A DNA stretch of 64,000 nucleotides. Source: an uncultured Pseudobdellovibrionaceae bacterium. GTDB lineage: Bacteria; Bdellovibrionota; Bdellovibrionia; Bdellovibrionales; JAGQZY01. The stretch lies in the NCBI GenBank assembly GCA_964351315.1, contig CAYGNH010000014.1, positions 3,280 through 67,279 on the forward strand, read 5' to 3'. This document shows, one piece after another, positions 51,379-60,382 of the stretch. Position 1 is the stretch's first letter; each line of letters starts with the position of its first letter. A program made the position numbers and the translations under genes. The notes under the pieces were generated by a model. That model searched no databases, was not told the DNA's origin, and saw only the letters and a list, made by a program, of their open reading frames with translations.

Positions 51379-51825
51379 CTAAAGAATACGTTCATTAACG
51401 ATCAACTGAAAAAAATCACTGTCCGTTTCAATCTCGAAAGTTTTTGACTCGTTAATATCAGCTTTACAGCTTTCTGCATTAACAGAAAAATCTATCAAAA
51501 AGACTGAGCTTTTCGCAGCTTGCCTAATTTTTCCGGGTACATAATACGTAACGACTCGGTAAGGATCACCGATGTATCCGGATCTAGTATTGACTCTATC
51601 TTTGTCCTCAATAAATATAGCATAGTTTTCAAAGTCATAGAGATCGCTGTTTTTAACTTCTCCTACAAAGTAGCTGATAGCATCATTTTTTCTTGAAAGA
51701 TCATTAGACTTAGAATTGACTATTTCTTCGATTGCTCTAGTTACTGCAGATTGAAAGTCACAATCTGCAAAAGAATGAAAGGGCACCAAGGTGGCAAAAG
51801 CCAGTATCGCAATCTTCAACGTCAT
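51379..51825 (-). CDS. Exported hypothetical protein (cargo block 1)
   Basis: ATG 51825 after GGAG; signal ending HSFA. Confidence 0.65.
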   Translation of the reverse strand: MTLKIAILAFATLVPFHSFADCDFQSAVTRAIEEIVNSKSNDLSRKNDAISYFVGEVKNSDLYDFENYAIFIEDKDRVNTRSGYIGDPYRVVTYYVPGKIRQAAKSSVFLIDFSVNAESCKADINESKTFEIETDSDFFQLIVNERIL

Positions 51826-51975
51826 CAAACTACTCCATATTTTGATATCTGAATCGAGGTATAGCAAAAAAGAGGCATGTTCTACTGAAAACCTATTCAA
51901 TGAAAAAAAGACACAATTTTTGGCACTTAACTTTCTATTTCATGACAAATCAAAAATTTGTAATTATTTCCTGTA

Positions 51976-52110
51976 GTGGCTAGGAAAAATTAGAGGGCTT
52001 AAAAAGTATACCTGCCCCCTTCCCTGCTAAAAAAGGGCCTCCCCAATCGGGCCGAAGGCCCTTTATTCAATTTTGTTTAAGGTTTTATGTTACGAATTCT
52101 TTTATAAACA
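51976..52110. repeat. 135-bp direct repeat, copy 2 of 4
   Basis: Identical to copy 1 except TTATGTTACG for TTATGTGACG. Confidence 0.97.
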
Positions 52111-52112
52111 CA

Positions 52113-52376
52113 GCAAGGATTCTTAAAACTTTTTGTGAAGGCATTGGGATCACGCCGGTTAAGTTCCATGATCTCAGGGCTACGCTCATTACCCAGATGA
52201 TGCGAAATGGTGTAGCACTCGCTAAGGTCATGGCCATCGTGGGTCATTCAGAGCTTAAAACCACTCAAGGCTATTTAAGACTTTGCGGCCAGGACGTGGT
52301 CGGGGCTACTGACTCTTTAGGAATTAAGCTTCCTGAGGACGTGGAACGAGGCAAAATCCTTAACTTTAACAGTTAA
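52113..52376 (+). pseudogene. C-terminal 87 codons of a tyrosine recombinase, truncated at repeat copy 2
   Basis: Manual translation ARILKTFCEGIGITPVKFHDLRATLITQMMRNGVALAKVMAIVGHSELKTTQGY: HxLR, GH and catalytic Tyr; no start codon. Confidence 0.85.
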
Positions 52377-52443
52377 AAAATAGGGTTACTTTTGGTCACT
52401 TGGATTTGTTTTTCTTCAAGAAAATGAGCCGGTTAGGATCTAA

Positions 52444-52459
52444 CCCATCACCCGCTCCA
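52444..52459 (+). other. tRNA-Gly 3'-end fragment, probable att site
   Basis: CCCATCACCCGCTCCA matches a tRNA-Gly acceptor end, 67 bp after the integrase stop; no full cloverleaf upstream. Confidence 0.65.
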
Positions 52460-52566
52460 CTTTTCCTCCTACAATTTTGGTCTGTCAGAGTCGTGCAGAG
52501 TGAAAAAATGCCACGCCTTGTGGCTTTTATTTGAGAAACCCTAGAAGTTAGATTATTCATCGCGTT

Positions 52567-53370
52567 ATGGGCGCAAGCAAGCAGCACACACCAGTGAAAA
52601 ATCTTAGCGAAGAAAGCCTGCAGGTTTTTTATGACTTTGCAATATGGTTACAACATGAGTTCACTTCTAGGTGTAAACGGAACCCCCAGTATTCACTTCG
52701 CTCATTTGCACGCTTTTTAGAAATTGACCCATCGACTCTATCCCAATACATCTCGAAAAAGAGGAATGCTTCAGTAAAAATGAAGGTCAAACTTGCAAAA
52801 CGTATTGGTGCTTCACAGGCTCAAATTAATATTTTTGCCAACAAAACAGAGATCGATGAAGCGGCTGCCAAATTTCAGCTTATTGAACTCGACAAATTTC
52901 ACTTTATTTCTGACTGGTATCATATTGCAATTTTAGAGCTTTCTTGCACAGAGGATTTCAACCCAAACTTAAATAACATCTCCCGCAGACTTGGTATTAC
53001 GGTTGATGAGGCCCGTGCGGCTATTGATCGACTCTTAAGATTAGGCCTAATGAAACGACACGAACAAAAACTTCTAAAAGTAGAAAAAGACATCACTAAT
53101 TTTTCTCCTGGCCAGTCCTCAAAAGCTCACAAACACTACCAAAGGCAGATAATGGAAAAAGGCCTAAAAGCTATTGATGAATGTCCTCAAAAATTAAAAG
53201 ATATCACTTCAATGTCTATGGCTATAGACATCGCAAAGCTTCCTGAAGCGAGAAAGCATATCCATAACTTTAGAAAAAAAATGTGTCTTCTGCTTGAGCA
53301 AGGTCAACAGACAGAGGTCTACAACTTATCCATACAACTTATTCCGATAACAAAACAGGTTGAATCATGA
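52567..53370 (+). CDS. TIGR02147/DUF4423-family HTH protein
   Basis: RCKRNPQYSLRSFARFLEI, ISDWYHIAILEL, EVYNLSIQLIP. Confidence 0.85.
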   Translation: MGASKQHTPVKNLSEESLQVFYDFAIWLQHEFTSRCKRNPQYSLRSFARFLEIDPSTLSQYISKKRNASVKMKVKLAKRIGASQAQINIFANKTEIDEAAAKFQLIELDKFHFISDWYHIAILELSCTEDFNPNLNNISRRLGITVDEARAAIDRLLRLGLMKRHEQKLLKVEKDITNFSPGQSSKAHKHYQRQIMEKGLKAIDECPQKLKDITSMSMAIDIAKLPEARKHIHNFRKKMCLLLEQGQQTEVYNLSIQLIPITKQVES

Positions 53371-54932
53371 AGAAGTTATTAGGGATTTTATTATGTTCAG
53401 CCGTCTTATTCACCGCAGGCTGCAATAGCGACCCGACCGGAGGCAAGGGTCCAACCGATGAAATAAGTCGGACCAATCCCACATCCGAGTCCAAGCCGAA
53501 CTCTCAACCTGATTCTTTTACTCTTGAAGGAACAGACACTGGAGGTGGTGGTGATCCAATAATACAAGATGTTTATCGGGTTATAGAGAATATTATTTTT
53601 GAACTGGAACAAATTGAATCTTCAGATCCTGAAGCTTTTAGCATGCTTAACAAATTTTTAGGCTTGCACTCAACAATCAGCATTGAAGTCTACAACCACC
53701 TCAAACTCAATGGCAAAGATATTGGCGCCATCAACTACCCCAGAACTGGGTTGATTCAAATCAATCGAGATAGATGGAATAATATTTCATCTGAGCTTGG
53801 AAAAACCTCGTTTGTACTCCACGAGCTAATGGGGCTTGCGTCAATCATCGACCCCAAAGACTACTCACTATCAAATCGATGGGGAAAGGTACTCTTTCGA
53901 GGAGTTCCAGAGGTTTGCAGGCGCTCAGATCAGATTGTCATGAGTTTGCAAAATATCTTTGAAAAAGAATGCTCTGAAATAACTCTGGAAAATCTATTGG
54001 AGCTTAAGTCACTCAAAATCGAAAACATCGGATCCTCTTGGGTCGAGATCGATTCTGAAATGAGTGATGAGGAAGCTTATGCGCACGAACTCACTTTAAA
54101 TTATAATTTAAAAAAATATGAAAAACCCGAATTGCTTTGGAATTTAAGACATGATGACCTGTTAGGCCTCGATAATTTAGAGGACCTTGATTTAAGTGAA
54201 ACCCAATTGGTTAACTTTGATTTAAGTTCATTCGCAAACCTTAGAAATCTCCGCAGATTGAACTTGTCGGAAAACTTTTTAACTTTTTTGCCTGAAAACT
54301 TTTTAAGTGGCTTGGAGGAATTAGAGTATTTAAATTTAGCATCAAATAGACTTGAGGGCTTGACACAACCTGTAGCCGATAAACTGCCAAACCTGAAATC
54401 ACTGTTGCTATCTTCAAACAAAACTCTATTTCGAATAGACCCGATCTTTTTTGAATCCATGGTAGGCCTAAAGTTATTAGCGATGGATGATCTCGATTCA
54501 TTAGAGAATATTGCCAACAATACCTTTCTCCCCTTGGCTTCCCTTCGGTTTCTGCACCTCAATAATTTTACAGGGTTTCTTCACGAAAACAGTTTTTCTG
54601 GCCTTAACAATCTCGAAGAACTGTTTATAACAAACTGGTGGCTAGATCCAAGAATCAAGAAATTACCATGGCAAACCAACCGTGACCACATGGATGCTAT
54701 TAATGAGTTTTACCTATCCTACAAAATACCACCCAATCTATTTACCCCGCTTGAATCATTAATTCGCCTATCCTTGTACAGGAGTGATGAGTGGCTTTTT
54801 AAAACAGATGAACCAGACTTTCTAAAAGAAATGCTCCGCGAAAATACCAACCTACAAGTGGTCTGTTTGCCATCAAGAAACCCGAATTCATTGACTGGGT
54901 GTCAAAACCTTTTGGATCAATCGGTAAGATAG
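53367..54932 (+). CDS. Leucine-rich-repeat lipoprotein with N-terminal GGGGD/LHE domain
   Basis: Lipobox TAGC; TGGGGD, AINYP, VLHELMG; repeated LxxLxLSxNxL units. Confidence 0.8.
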   Translation: MKKLLGILLCSAVLFTAGCNSDPTGGKGPTDEISRTNPTSESKPNSQPDSFTLEGTDTGGGGDPIIQDVYRVIENIIFELEQIESSDPEAFSMLNKFLGLHSTISIEVYNHLKLNGKDIGAINYPRTGLIQINRDRWNNISSELGKTSFVLHELMGLASIIDPKDYSLSNRWGKVLFRGVPEVCRRSDQIVMSLQNIFEKECSEITLENLLELKSLKIENIGSSWVEIDSEMSDEEAYAHELTLNYNLKKYEKPELLWNLRHDDLLGLDNLEDLDLSETQLVNFDLSSFANLRNLRRLNLSENFLTFLPENFLSGLEELEYLNLASNRLEGLTQPVADKLPNLKSLLLSSNKTLFRIDPIFFESMVGLKLLAMDDLDSLENIANNTFLPLASLRFLHLNNFTGFLHENSFSGLNNLEELFITNWWLDPRIKKLPWQTNRDHMDAINEFYLSYKIPPNLFTPLESLIRLSLYRSDEWLFKTDEPDFLKEMLRENTNLQVVCLPSRNPNSLTGCQNLLDQSVR

Positions 54933-55079
54933 TTCATATCATAAAGAAAATTTTCGGTAAAAGATTCGCGTGGCATGTTTTTGCCACACTTTATTGGCCT
55001 TTTAATGCTTACAAGTTGACCAAATTTGCCTTCAAGCCCTATCCCTAGTCTAAGTTTTTACCTTTATGGAGGATAAACA

Positions 55080-55715
55080 ATGAAGTCACTTAGCTTTTTT
55101 TCAATTTTTTTACTCCTACTCAGTGCGACCGCCAAAGCTGGAGTGCATAAATCTGATCAGGAACTCTTTCCGAACTGGATGAGTACACCCGTAGAAAGAA
55201 AATGCAAACCTCGTTTCGAAAATGAAGACACTTTGGTGCATTTAAACTTTGTTAGTCATCAATTTAATAACCCTGTTGATGTTCGCTATAATAGATTCCT
55301 TTTTCCAGATTTGAAAACTTGTGAAGACACCTTAAACCCATCGGTAAAACTGGATGTTGACGGAACAGGGTTAACTTGCGGTTTTTTTGCAAATCACAAC
55401 GGAGTTTACAAGTATCGTTGGGGGATCATATCGACTCGCGGAATTGGAGCTGGCGAAACAGCCAATCGATTTGAGAGCAAGGCAGAATGCGAAAACATAC
55501 TGCGCAACCCTGTCATTGCAAACAAAAGAGTCTGGTTCTGTACGAAGTTCAACGCTTCCTTTGCGATCGCAACTATTAATGCCAGTTATTTCCCGGTTGG
55601 CGTGAATATCTACAGCACGCTACCGAAATATAAAAATAAGTCAGACTGTGAAATAGAAATGATTAAGCTGAAAAATAAGTGCGAACAAAACCCTAATTTT
55701 TTCAAGTGTAAATAA
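55080..55715 (+). CDS. Exported cysteine-rich hypothetical protein
   Basis: Signal ending AKA; recurring F/Y-x-x-K-x-x-CE units; GGAGG RBS. Confidence 0.7.
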   Translation: MKSLSFFSIFLLLLSATAKAGVHKSDQELFPNWMSTPVERKCKPRFENEDTLVHLNFVSHQFNNPVDVRYNRFLFPDLKTCEDTLNPSVKLDVDGTGLTCGFFANHNGVYKYRWGIISTRGIGAGETANRFESKAECENILRNPVIANKRVWFCTKFNASFAIATINASYFPVGVNIYSTLPKYKNKSDCEIEMIKLKNKCEQNPNFFKCK

Positions 55716-55729
55716 CAATGGAGAATACA

Positions 55730-56989
55730 ATGAAATCGATACTCGTTTTTTCACTAATGCTCGCCACACCTCTATTGGCTGTCCAACCTGGATACACCCA
55801 ACCAACATTAAGACAAGCAACTTATGTCGGGACAGCACATTCTTTCACCCACAGACCAACAACATCACAAAAAAAAGGATTTTCGTCGAACTATTTCAAA
55901 CTCATTGAAGTTAATGGGACCAGTGACGGCTATAGCTTTTCGACTATAGACAGCAAGTTTTTGCGGCTACCGATTTTAAACTATTTTGGTGGAAGCTTTA
56001 TAATTTTAAAAGATGTCGACTGCTCTAAACAGAATAGTGTATTTGATTGCGGTGCAAGCTTTGTCAGCAACACTAGAAATGTGGAAGAGAAAAAGTTTGA
56101 AGAAACAGTGGCAATGTTGGCTCATGATGGAAGGATCTCTACTGATGATATTGCCATTTTCAATGAATGGCTGAAGCTACACATACAAATGGACCAAGCT
56201 GGGTACAATCAGTCAAAGACTTTAATGTGCTTTGACCGACATCCCGTATCCAAGAGTTCAGCATCTTCTACATTCGGAACAAGCTCTAAATCATCAGCTC
56301 ACGAGAGGGTTTGTTTATGGGCCTCTCAATCGGAAGTTCAAACTATAGAAAAAGCTTTCGGTAAGGGTCAAGATCCGACAAATTATGTGCTGGATGGAAT
56401 AAACTACTCTTCAGTGCAATCGAATGATCCACTTTATCTTTTCATGGATTCACACTCGATAGGAGGCGCTTACCCCTGGGATGACCCCAATGAACAAACG
56501 AGATCTCATTACTCTGAAATTAAGGGGCAAGATGATCAATATTTAGGGGCTTTGGTTTTGCGGATTAACAGAACAAAGCAAATAGTAGAACCTCACTTTG
56601 AGGTGACGCCTGATAGCTATAAACGAATACCGGTTTTTATGCCTTTCGATGCCATTGGGTTGCTCGACAGTCTTCGAGCCCTCAACAAAATCCCTTACGA
56701 GAATCAAGTGACTAGCGCGAAAGCCAAAAGTCTTTTGAAATTTGATTCTTGGGAGACTCATGCCCAATTGGTAGATCAAGCCTTTGACAACTTTGAGTCG
56801 TACATCCTCTCTGGCAGTCCGATGTACATCCGAATGAACGCAGAATCTGATGTGCCATTATTTAACGAATTAGTCATTCCAAGCCTCTCACTCCCAGGCC
56901 CATATAAAGAAATCCTGATTCAGTGTAATAGCCCAGACGTCAAATTTAGATACGGAAGGCGATTTTGCCCAATTGAGGTAATGAAGTAA
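55730..56989 (+). CDS. Exported hypothetical protein
   Basis: ATG 55730 after GGAG; signal MKSILVFSLMLATPLLA. Confidence 0.7.
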   Translation: MKSILVFSLMLATPLLAVQPGYTQPTLRQATYVGTAHSFTHRPTTSQKKGFSSNYFKLIEVNGTSDGYSFSTIDSKFLRLPILNYFGGSFIILKDVDCSKQNSVFDCGASFVSNTRNVEEKKFEETVAMLAHDGRISTDDIAIFNEWLKLHIQMDQAGYNQSKTLMCFDRHPVSKSSASSTFGTSSKSSAHERVCLWASQSEVQTIEKAFGKGQDPTNYVLDGINYSSVQSNDPLYLFMDSHSIGGAYPWDDPNEQTRSHYSEIKGQDDQYLGALVLRINRTKQIVEPHFEVTPDSYKRIPVFMPFDAIGLLDSLRALNKIPYENQVTSAKAKSLLKFDSWETHAQLVDQAFDNFESYILSGSPMYIRMNAESDVPLFNELVIPSLSLPGPYKEILIQCNSPDVKFRYGRRFCPIEVMK

Positions 56990-57013
56990 ACAAATCTGGA
57001 GAAAGGCGGGGTC

Positions 57014-57166
57014 TTATGGATCAATATAGACCCAACGGCCTTCACTGAGAATCCAGTTACCACCGTAGAGATCAAAATACCTTGCGGTGCCTCTTTCTAA
57101 CAACTGCTGGCCCCTTTCATCATTGCGGAGCCAACGAATAAACATGGGTCTAACACCATTGTACTC
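57014..57166 (-). pseudogene. Possible 3' fragment of a gene cut by repeat copy 3
   Basis: 50 open codons EYNGVRPMFIRWLR...GRWVYIDP* starting at the repeat boundary; no family recognised. Confidence 0.3.
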
Positions 57167-57167
57167 C

Positions 57168-57301
57168 GTGGCTAGGAAAAATTAGAGGGCTTAAAAAGTA
57201 TACCTGCCCCTTCCCTGCTAAAAAAGGGCCTCCCCAATCGGGCCGAAGGCCCTTTATTCAATTTTGTTTAAGGTTTTATGTGACGAATTCTTTTATAAAC
57301 A
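57168..57301. repeat. 134-bp direct repeat, copy 3 of 4
   Basis: Same as copy 1 with one C fewer in the C-run. Confidence 0.97.
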
Positions 57302-57691
57302 CATAAAGTCACTAAAAGAGCAAAAGCCACTTAAGTTCACAATAACATTACATGCAGATGAAAAAGAGCAGTTCATTAAACACTTACTAGAGTAGACTCT
57401 AAACTTGTAACCTAGACTTTTCGAGATGGTCCGCACTTCCTTATATGAAAGTGTGGCTCACGTTATTCTATAAGCTAAGGTTCAGGCACAACCTGAGAAG
57501 TTGAGCCAATTAATCAGATTGCCAGCTTTGAGTTGAATGAAATTTTAAACTGATTAAATGGCCAATATTCCGTCATATCGACTCAATGGATGCATCTGAC
57601 TGATTTTTTTAAAAAATATCTAATTAAAGTACAGGGAATAGTAAATTAGCCCTACCTCTATTTTATATTGATTCTTTAAAATTAAAAAAAA

Positions 57692-58192
57692 TTAATTAGA
57701 TACGAGATTTTCATCAATAGCTGCTGCATTATTCTCAAGATACTGAGCTTGATTTCCATTCAGTTCATTGATTAACGAGTCTATTGAAGCTCGACAATCT
57801 GACCGATCGATTGTAACTAAAGAATGAACATTACCTGATCTAAATAACCCGATTTGAGTTTGTGTCATGAAGAAATGGGAATTACTGCTGACCTGACTTC
57901 GGTTTAAGTTAAAAGCATGCATAACTGCTTGATTGTAAGTTTCAGCATGGGAGTTCCTTAAAGCATTCAAAATTTCTAAGTGACAAAACCTGTCACGCGA
58001 ATTTCTATGGATGACTGTTGAAATAATTCTTGGTCTATTACACACGCCGGTTTCAAAATCTTGAATTCCATTTCCAATTTCTGCTTGTCCACCTAAAAAA
58101 CAGGTGACAACATTGGTTCCATTTCCAGAGTCTGCATGTGAATTTGAAGCGACTATGAAAATGAAAGCTCCAAATAATAATAATTTACTCAT
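57692..58192 (-). CDS. Exported hypothetical protein (cargo block 3)
   Basis: AGGAG RBS; signal ending SHA, then DSGNG...VVTC. Confidence 0.7.
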   Translation of the reverse strand: MSKLLLFGAFIFIVASNSHADSGNGTNVVTCFLGGQAEIGNGIQDFETGVCNRPRIISTVIHRNSRDRFCHLEILNALRNSHAETYNQAVMHAFNLNRSQVSSNSHFFMTQTQIGLFRSGNVHSLVTIDRSDCRASIDSLINELNGNQAQYLENNAAAIDENLVSN

Positions 58193-58222
58193 TTTAGGTC
58201 TCCTTGGTATAATATAATGAAG

Positions 58223-58238
58223 AGCAAGAAATATGCCT
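58223..58238 (-). promoter_or_regulatory. Candidate sigma-54 promoter
   Basis: Minus strand AGGCATATTTCTTGCT (GG-N10-GC with TTGC), 30 bp upstream of ATG 58192. Confidence 0.5.
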
Positions 58239-58676
58239 ACTATAGCGCGTCTAATGATTTGTTGATTACAAACACGTGTTTAACTTTTTAACAGTCGTAT
58301 TCCTCATTCAAAATATATAATTTTTCAGCGATTTCTTCCGGTTATAGCTTTTCAGGGAAAACGACTGCTTTTGTGTTCTAAATTGACGGTTTCTCACTGA
58401 ATTCGCATCAAGGAAGGGCAAGATTGGAGCCACACTCTATTTCGAGATCCTTAGTTCTAATAAGGAAAGTAACGTGTGTACTGTCAGGTTCAATTCGCCT
58501 ACTCAGACCTAAGGGCATAACTGGGAGATGTGGGCCCAACTCCAAGATATGGCCATTTGACCTGATTCCAGTAATTTAGATGAATTCATCAGTTTCACAA
58601 TGCCTAAAACCTTTAAATAGTTAGTCCTATATATAGAGGCGGCAATAGAGCCCCTCATTTGATCCACGGAGGGATT

Positions 58677-58882
58677 ATGAAAGATATCAATATAAAGGGT
58701 ACTACTGACGAAAAAGCTGTTGGCACGCATGTTCACTGCGATAGTGCTGAAGACCTGATTTACGAGTTTTTAAAAGACAGGAGCCCATTAACGGCAAGAG
58801 GCTATCAAAAAGACCTAAAGAAGTTTTTTGAGTTCACAAATCATTTTTTTGGACTTCCACAGAAAAAAGAAAAATCATTTCT
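58677..58882 (+). pseudogene. N-terminal fragment of an Xer/phage-type tyrosine recombinase, truncated at repeat copy 4
   Basis: GGAGGG RBS and ATG; LIYEFLKDRSPLTARGYQKDLKKFFEF resembles the integrase N-terminal SAM-like domain; frame runs into the repeat. Confidence 0.65.
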
Positions 58883-59016
58883 GTGGCTAGGAAAAATTAG
58901 AGGGCTTAAAAAGTATACCTGCCCCTTCCCTGCTAAAAAAGGGCCTCCCCAATCGGGCCGAAGGCCCTTTATTCAATTTTGTTTAAGGTTTTATGTGACG
59001 AATTCTTTTATAAACA
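58883..59016. repeat. 134-bp direct repeat, copy 4 of 4
   Basis: Identical to copy 3 through TATAAACA. Confidence 0.97.
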
Positions 59017-59019
59017 GAC

Positions 59020-59057
59020 GGCCACATGCATTAGCTTTACAGCTAAAGCATGTGGCC
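59020..59057. repeat. 38-bp near-perfect palindrome
   Basis: GGCCACATGC-A-TTAGCT-TTAC-AGCTAA-A-GCATGTGGCC. Confidence 0.8.
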
Positions 59058-59219
59058 CTAACCTTCACTTCGCCCTTCGGGCAAAAGCGCAACCGCTTGA
59101 AGAAGACCCTTTAAGGAGGACTTAAGAAACCTAATAAACAAGTGACTACCGTAGAAAAAACAAAAGTTCGAAGTATCACTTTCACAATAATGCTTTTTAA
59201 AAAACTGTCTTATAAATCA

Positions 59220-59839
59220 GATGACTTTACCTGTTTTTTGCTGATCTCTTGTGGCTTTATATTTCTTAATGATGAGGCCATTCATGTCCATAATCCGGTA
59301 AATCCTCTTTCTATTAAGGGTCTTAAGCTCAAGGCTTTTTCTGTCATTCTTGATTTTCCTTTGTGATGTATTGAACTGCGACTGACTTTTAGCTCATCGC
59401 AAACAGTGATCTTGCTTATTTTTTCTTCTTCAAGCGTCCCAATGGCCTCTTCGGCAAGCTCAACTTTTTTTTGAGTTGATCGCGGTTTAGAATATCATTT
59501 GTACAGTCTAAAATTCTTTTTCGTACAGCAAGGTCATTGACTGTTTCTTTTAAAGCTTAGTTCTCATTTTGAGTCGATCATTTTCTCTTAAGACCTCATC
59601 AATATTCTATCGTCTGGCTTTTTCATTTTTTTCCGTAAAGTTCTTTTCCAAGAATAGATCGTTACAGGGTGAATATCATGAATCCGAGCCAGATCCGATA
59701 ACGACTTAGATCCTGCACTGGTTTCACGTAAAATTTCCATTTTTTTGGCCTTTGAAAAGGTCCTCCTTCTTCGTTTTTGGGTGGTTTCCACCGTTTCCTC
59801 CTGATTTGGAGGTGTCTAAACTAAATGGGGGGACAAACA
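59220..59839 (-). mobile_element. 5' half of a decayed IS3-family (IS2-like) element
   Basis: IRL TGTTTGTCCCCCCATTTAGTTTAGACA starting at 59839; OrfA RRRRTFSKAKKMEIL...LARIHDIHPVTIYSWKR; OrfB pieces NRKRIYRIM and KTGKVI; frameshifts. Confidence 0.85.
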
Positions 59840-59840
59840 T

Positions 59841-60378
59841 TAAGTACCTTTTTTCAAACACCAGGTGGTGTTGTGATGGTTTAGAAATCAAATGTTAGAA
59901 CAATGAAAAAGTTTTCGTTGCCATTACTTTGGATTGCCATGACCGCGAGTGCATAGGATTTGTGAACTCTAAAGAGCCACTTCAAGCCACGCATATTCAA
60001 GACTTGATGGTAATGTCGGTTGAAAAGCGTTTTAAAGAATTAAAGACGCCACGAGAAATCCATTTTTAAGCTAAAGAGGATCTATTTACAGAGCCAAAGA
60101 AACCATAGCTATAGGCAGGTCCCTTGGCCTTAAAAGTTGCTTCACGGCTGCTTATAGCCCACAGTCTAACAGCACGTCAGAGGCTTTTGTGAACACTTTG
60201 AAACGCGATTATGTTTACACAAACGAATGCTTTGATGCAGAGACCGTTATGAAAATGCTTCCAGGATGGATTGAGGATTATAACAACATCGGACCGCACT
60301 CGGGCCTTGGCATGCGAAGCCCACAAGAGTATATCAATTTAGATAACCAAGCTGTCTAAAACTTTGGGGGCCAAAGCA
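59841..60378 (+). mobile_element. 3' half of a decayed IS2-like element (DDE core and IRR)
   Basis: SNTRWCCDG, LDCHDRE, YSPQSN, EAFVNTLKRDYV, PHSGLGMRSP with stops; IRR TGTCTAAAACTTTGGGGGCCAAAGCA. Confidence 0.85.
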
Positions 60379-60382
60379 AAAA

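Noticed and set aside
52070-52097. dif/pdif site within the repeat (TTATGTTA in copy 2)
   Set aside because: Only a partial XerD-like arm in one copy; no XerC arm at 6-bp spacing.
52396-52460. Complete tRNA-Gly gene
   Set aside because: Only the last 16 nt or so match; no D or anticodon arms and the T-loop is degenerate.
54971-54984. Sigma-54 promoter TGGCATGTTTTTGC
   Set aside because: GG to GC spacing is 9 rather than the required 10.
50708-59016. CRISPR array or integron attC array interpretation of the four repeats
   Set aside because: Repeat and spacer sizes are far beyond CRISPR and there are no cas genes. There are no RYYYAAC/GTTRRRY ends, and cargo genes lie on both strands and are cut mid-gene.
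58659-59114. 151-aa ORF as a real protein
   Set aside because: Chimera of an integrase N-terminus, the repeat and the downstream palindrome.
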